From contig CAIUKQ010000222.1 in the NCBI GenBank assembly GCA_903899705.1, positions 1 to 58,512 on the forward strand: a stretch of 58,512 nucleotides of DNA, written 5' to 3'. The notes below the pieces were generated by a model. That model worked only from the letters and a program-made list of their open reading frames with translations. It searched no databases and had not been told where the DNA came from. Of the stretch, positions 56,576-58,512 are shown piece after piece. The position numbers were made by a program, and so were the translations under genes. Source of the stretch: an uncultured beta proteobacterium. GTDB taxonomy: Bacteria > Pseudomonadota > Gammaproteobacteria > Burkholderiales > SG8-39. Position 1 is the first letter of the stretch. Every line of letters begins with the position of its first letter.

Positions 56576-57538
56576 CTATTTGTTTATCACAACCGGTTTC
56601 ACCTCAAGTGCTTCACGAATCTTCAGGGAAACGGCGTTGGCCTCGGCCCGATCACGGAACGGGCCAAGCTGCAGGCGGTAGAGATTATTACGGCCGGTGA
56701 CGTTGAGTGGTTGTTTCAGCCAATCAAGTTCGCGCCTCACGCGATTGCTGAAGTTTTCTGCATTGGCAGGATTCGAGAATGCGCCCAGCTGCAGATATAT
56801 CCCGCTTCGCTCGGCGGCAATCGGGAACTGTGGCGTGGACGCCTCGGCCTTTATTTCCGGCGCACCAGCCGCGGCCCCTCCAGACGGGCGTGCGGTGTTG
56901 ATTGTGGCGGGCGGAACAATGCTTTCGACCTCGACGTTGGCAAGCGCTTCCTGTACGAAGCCGAGCCGGTAAGCGGCGGCGTAGGAAACGTCCATGATCC
57001 TGCCCGACGAAAACGGGCCCCGGTCATTGATGCGCACCACCACCGAGTTGCCGTTCTCAAGATTGAGGACGCGCGCATAACTTGGAATCGGCAGGGTTGG
57101 ATGCGCGGCGGTCAGCGCGTACATGTCATAGATTTCACCGCTGGAGGTCCGTTGTCCGTGGAATTTGCGGCCGTACCAAGAGGCTGTGCCCTGCCGCTTG
57201 TAGGGGGCGGGCTCGACCAGCGGCACATAGTCACGGCCGAACACGCTGTAGGGCTGGTTGGCCTGTGCATTCATGGGCTCCAGTCTGGGAACCTGCTCGG
57301 AGAGCGAATCCAGATTCACCGGAATGATGCCGTCCGGGCCATCGTCGGTGTAGAAGCCGCCGGGTTTCTTCAACAGAAGGGAAGTCGGAATGGACGCAGG
57401 CTTTTGCACCACGGGGGGATTGAATCCCAGCGGCAGCTCGGCGCAGGCCGTCAGCAGTGCGACCACCACGCCCGCCAATGCTGTCCTCAGCCCGGCGTCA
57501 ACAGGAAACGAGGGGAGCGGACGGGAGTGGATTTGCAT
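56576..57538 (-). CDS. rlpA: Septal ring lytic transglycosylase RlpA family lipoprotein (copy 2)
   Basis: Lipobox LTAC, ASWYG..FHG, TAAHPTLP, RINDRGPF, SPOR LQLGAF; start uncertain. Confidence 0.88.
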   Translation of the reverse strand: MQIHSRPLPSFPVDAGLRTALAGVVVALLTACAELPLGFNPPVVQKPASIPTSLLLKKPGGFYTDDGPDGIIPVNLDSLSEQVPRLEPMNAQANQPYSVFGRDYVPLVEPAPYKRQGTASWYGRKFHGQRTSSGEIYDMYALTAAHPTLPIPSYARVLNLENGNSVVVRINDRGPFSSGRIMDVSYAAAYRLGFVQEALANVEVESIVPPATINTARPSGGAAAGAPEIKAEASTPQFPIAAERSGIYLQLGAFSNPANAENFSNRVRRELDWLKQPLNVTGRNNLYRLQLGPFRDRAEANAVSLKIREALEVKPVVINK

Positions 57539-57545
57539 CAGGTCA

Positions 57546-58511
57546 TTACCGCGAGACAAATACCGGTTTCAATTCGATGTCGCGACGCAACCGTTCCGCC
57601 ATGCCACCGGCCTGCTCGCGATCGCGATAGGGCCCCAACTGCAGACGAAACAGGCCATCGCGCGGCAGGATTTCAATGGAATCGTTCAGCCAGCCCACCT
57701 CGCGATACACGCGTGCGCGAAAACTCTCGGCATTTTCCCTGGAGGAAAACGCACCCAGCTGAAGGTAGACACCGGTTGTCGCAGCGCTGGCCGGAGGTGT
57801 TGTTTTGGCCGGAGGTGTTTCGACAACGCCTGCAACGCGCTCCGCAGGAATGGCGGCTCGTTCGGCCTGAACAGTGGCGGGTTGTTCCACTGCCGAAACG
57901 GGATTGACCTCCGCTGCAATCGTGGCCACGGGATCCGGTTTGATGGACCCTTTCGCCGCAAGACTGGCAATCTCATCCGACTGCAGCAATTCCACCTGCA
58001 CGGTCGTGCTGCCGGAAATGGCGTAGCCGAGTTTGAATGCCGCGGCAAACGAAAGATCGATCACGCGGGCTGCATGGAATGGCCCGCGATCGTTGACGCG
58101 CACGATCACCGAGCGGCCGTTCTGCTGGTTGGAGACGCGCACATAGCTCGGGATGGGGAGCGTGGGGTGGGCGGCTGTCATTCCGTACATGTCATAGATC
58201 TCGCCGCTGGAGGTGCGTTCGCCATGAAATTTTTTGCCGTACCAGCTGGCAATGCCGCTTTGCCGGAACGGCGCCAGCGTTTTCATGGGCACGTATTCCT
58301 GCCCGAACACGTTGTACGGGTTGTTGGCGAATCGATGCAGTGGTTCGATGCGGGGCTTTGCATCGGCCAGTTTGTCGAGATCCGGCGGAGGTGATTCGCC
58401 CGGACCATCGTCCTTGTAGTAGCCACCGCCGCGCGGAACCGACGCGGCCGGGCGGGTGGCCGGTGGCTGAATGGGCTTTGCTGTGCTGCTGCTTGCCGTC
58501 CCTTGCGTGCC
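57546..58511 (-). CDS. rlpA: RlpA family lipoprotein (copy 1), 5' end beyond the window
   Basis: Frame stays open to the window edge (GGGYYKDDGPG...ANNPYNVFG); ASWYG, RVNDRGPF, SPOR domain. Confidence 0.88.
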   Translation of the reverse strand, partial: GTQGTASSSTAKPIQPPATRPAASVPRGGGYYKDDGPGESPPPDLDKLADAKPRIEPLHRFANNPYNVFGQEYVPMKTLAPFRQSGIASWYGKKFHGERTSSGEIYDMYGMTAAHPTLPIPSYVRVSNQQNGRSVIVRVNDRGPFHAARVIDLSFAAAFKLGYAISGSTTVQVELLQSDEIASLAAKGSIKPDPVATIAAEVNPVSAVEQPATVQAERAAIPAERVAGVVETPPAKTTPPASAATTGVYLQLGAFSSRENAESFRARVYREVGWLNDSIEILPRDGLFRLQLGPYRDREQAGGMAERLRRDIELKPVFVSR

Positions 58512-58512
58512 C

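Noticed and set aside
1-58512. tRNA, rRNA, IS elements, prophage genes
   Set aside because: No such signatures seen by eye; tRNAscan-SE, Infernal and ISEScan would be needed to exclude them formally.

Overview
This is a GC-rich bacterial chromosomal segment. Gene content and order (Bug/TTT proteins, ubiE-Tim44-ubiJ-ubiB, type II thrB-polA, rlpA-dacA-dat-ybeD-lipB-lipA) point to a betaproteobacterium. The left ~21 kb is accessory/catabolic: an MFS transporter, a TauD/TfdA dioxygenase, a SET-domain protein, a small secreted protein with a duplicated Cys-bracketed motif, and an uncharacterised operon (atypical M24 hydrolase, TPP-dependent E1a/E1b/E2, two oxidoreductases, TTT binding protein). 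It also holds a PdsR/PdsS two-component pair with no sortase, a TPR-GT41 glycosyltransferase, a GST and phthalate-pathway-like Rieske and decarboxylase genes. The rest is mostly core genes (cytochrome c, livKHMGF, dsbD/cutA, ubiquinone genes, thrB, polA, lipoate and cell-wall genes). Three features stand out there: tandem FimW-like PilZ-motif proteins, a low-GC two-gene RqlH/RqlI-like insertion (RecQ-PRTase plus DprA-like; candidate TA/defence system) downstream of polA, and tandem rlpA paralogues. I saw no rRNA, tRNA, CRISPR array, integrase or transposase. All product calls come from motif recognition by eye; no database search was run.
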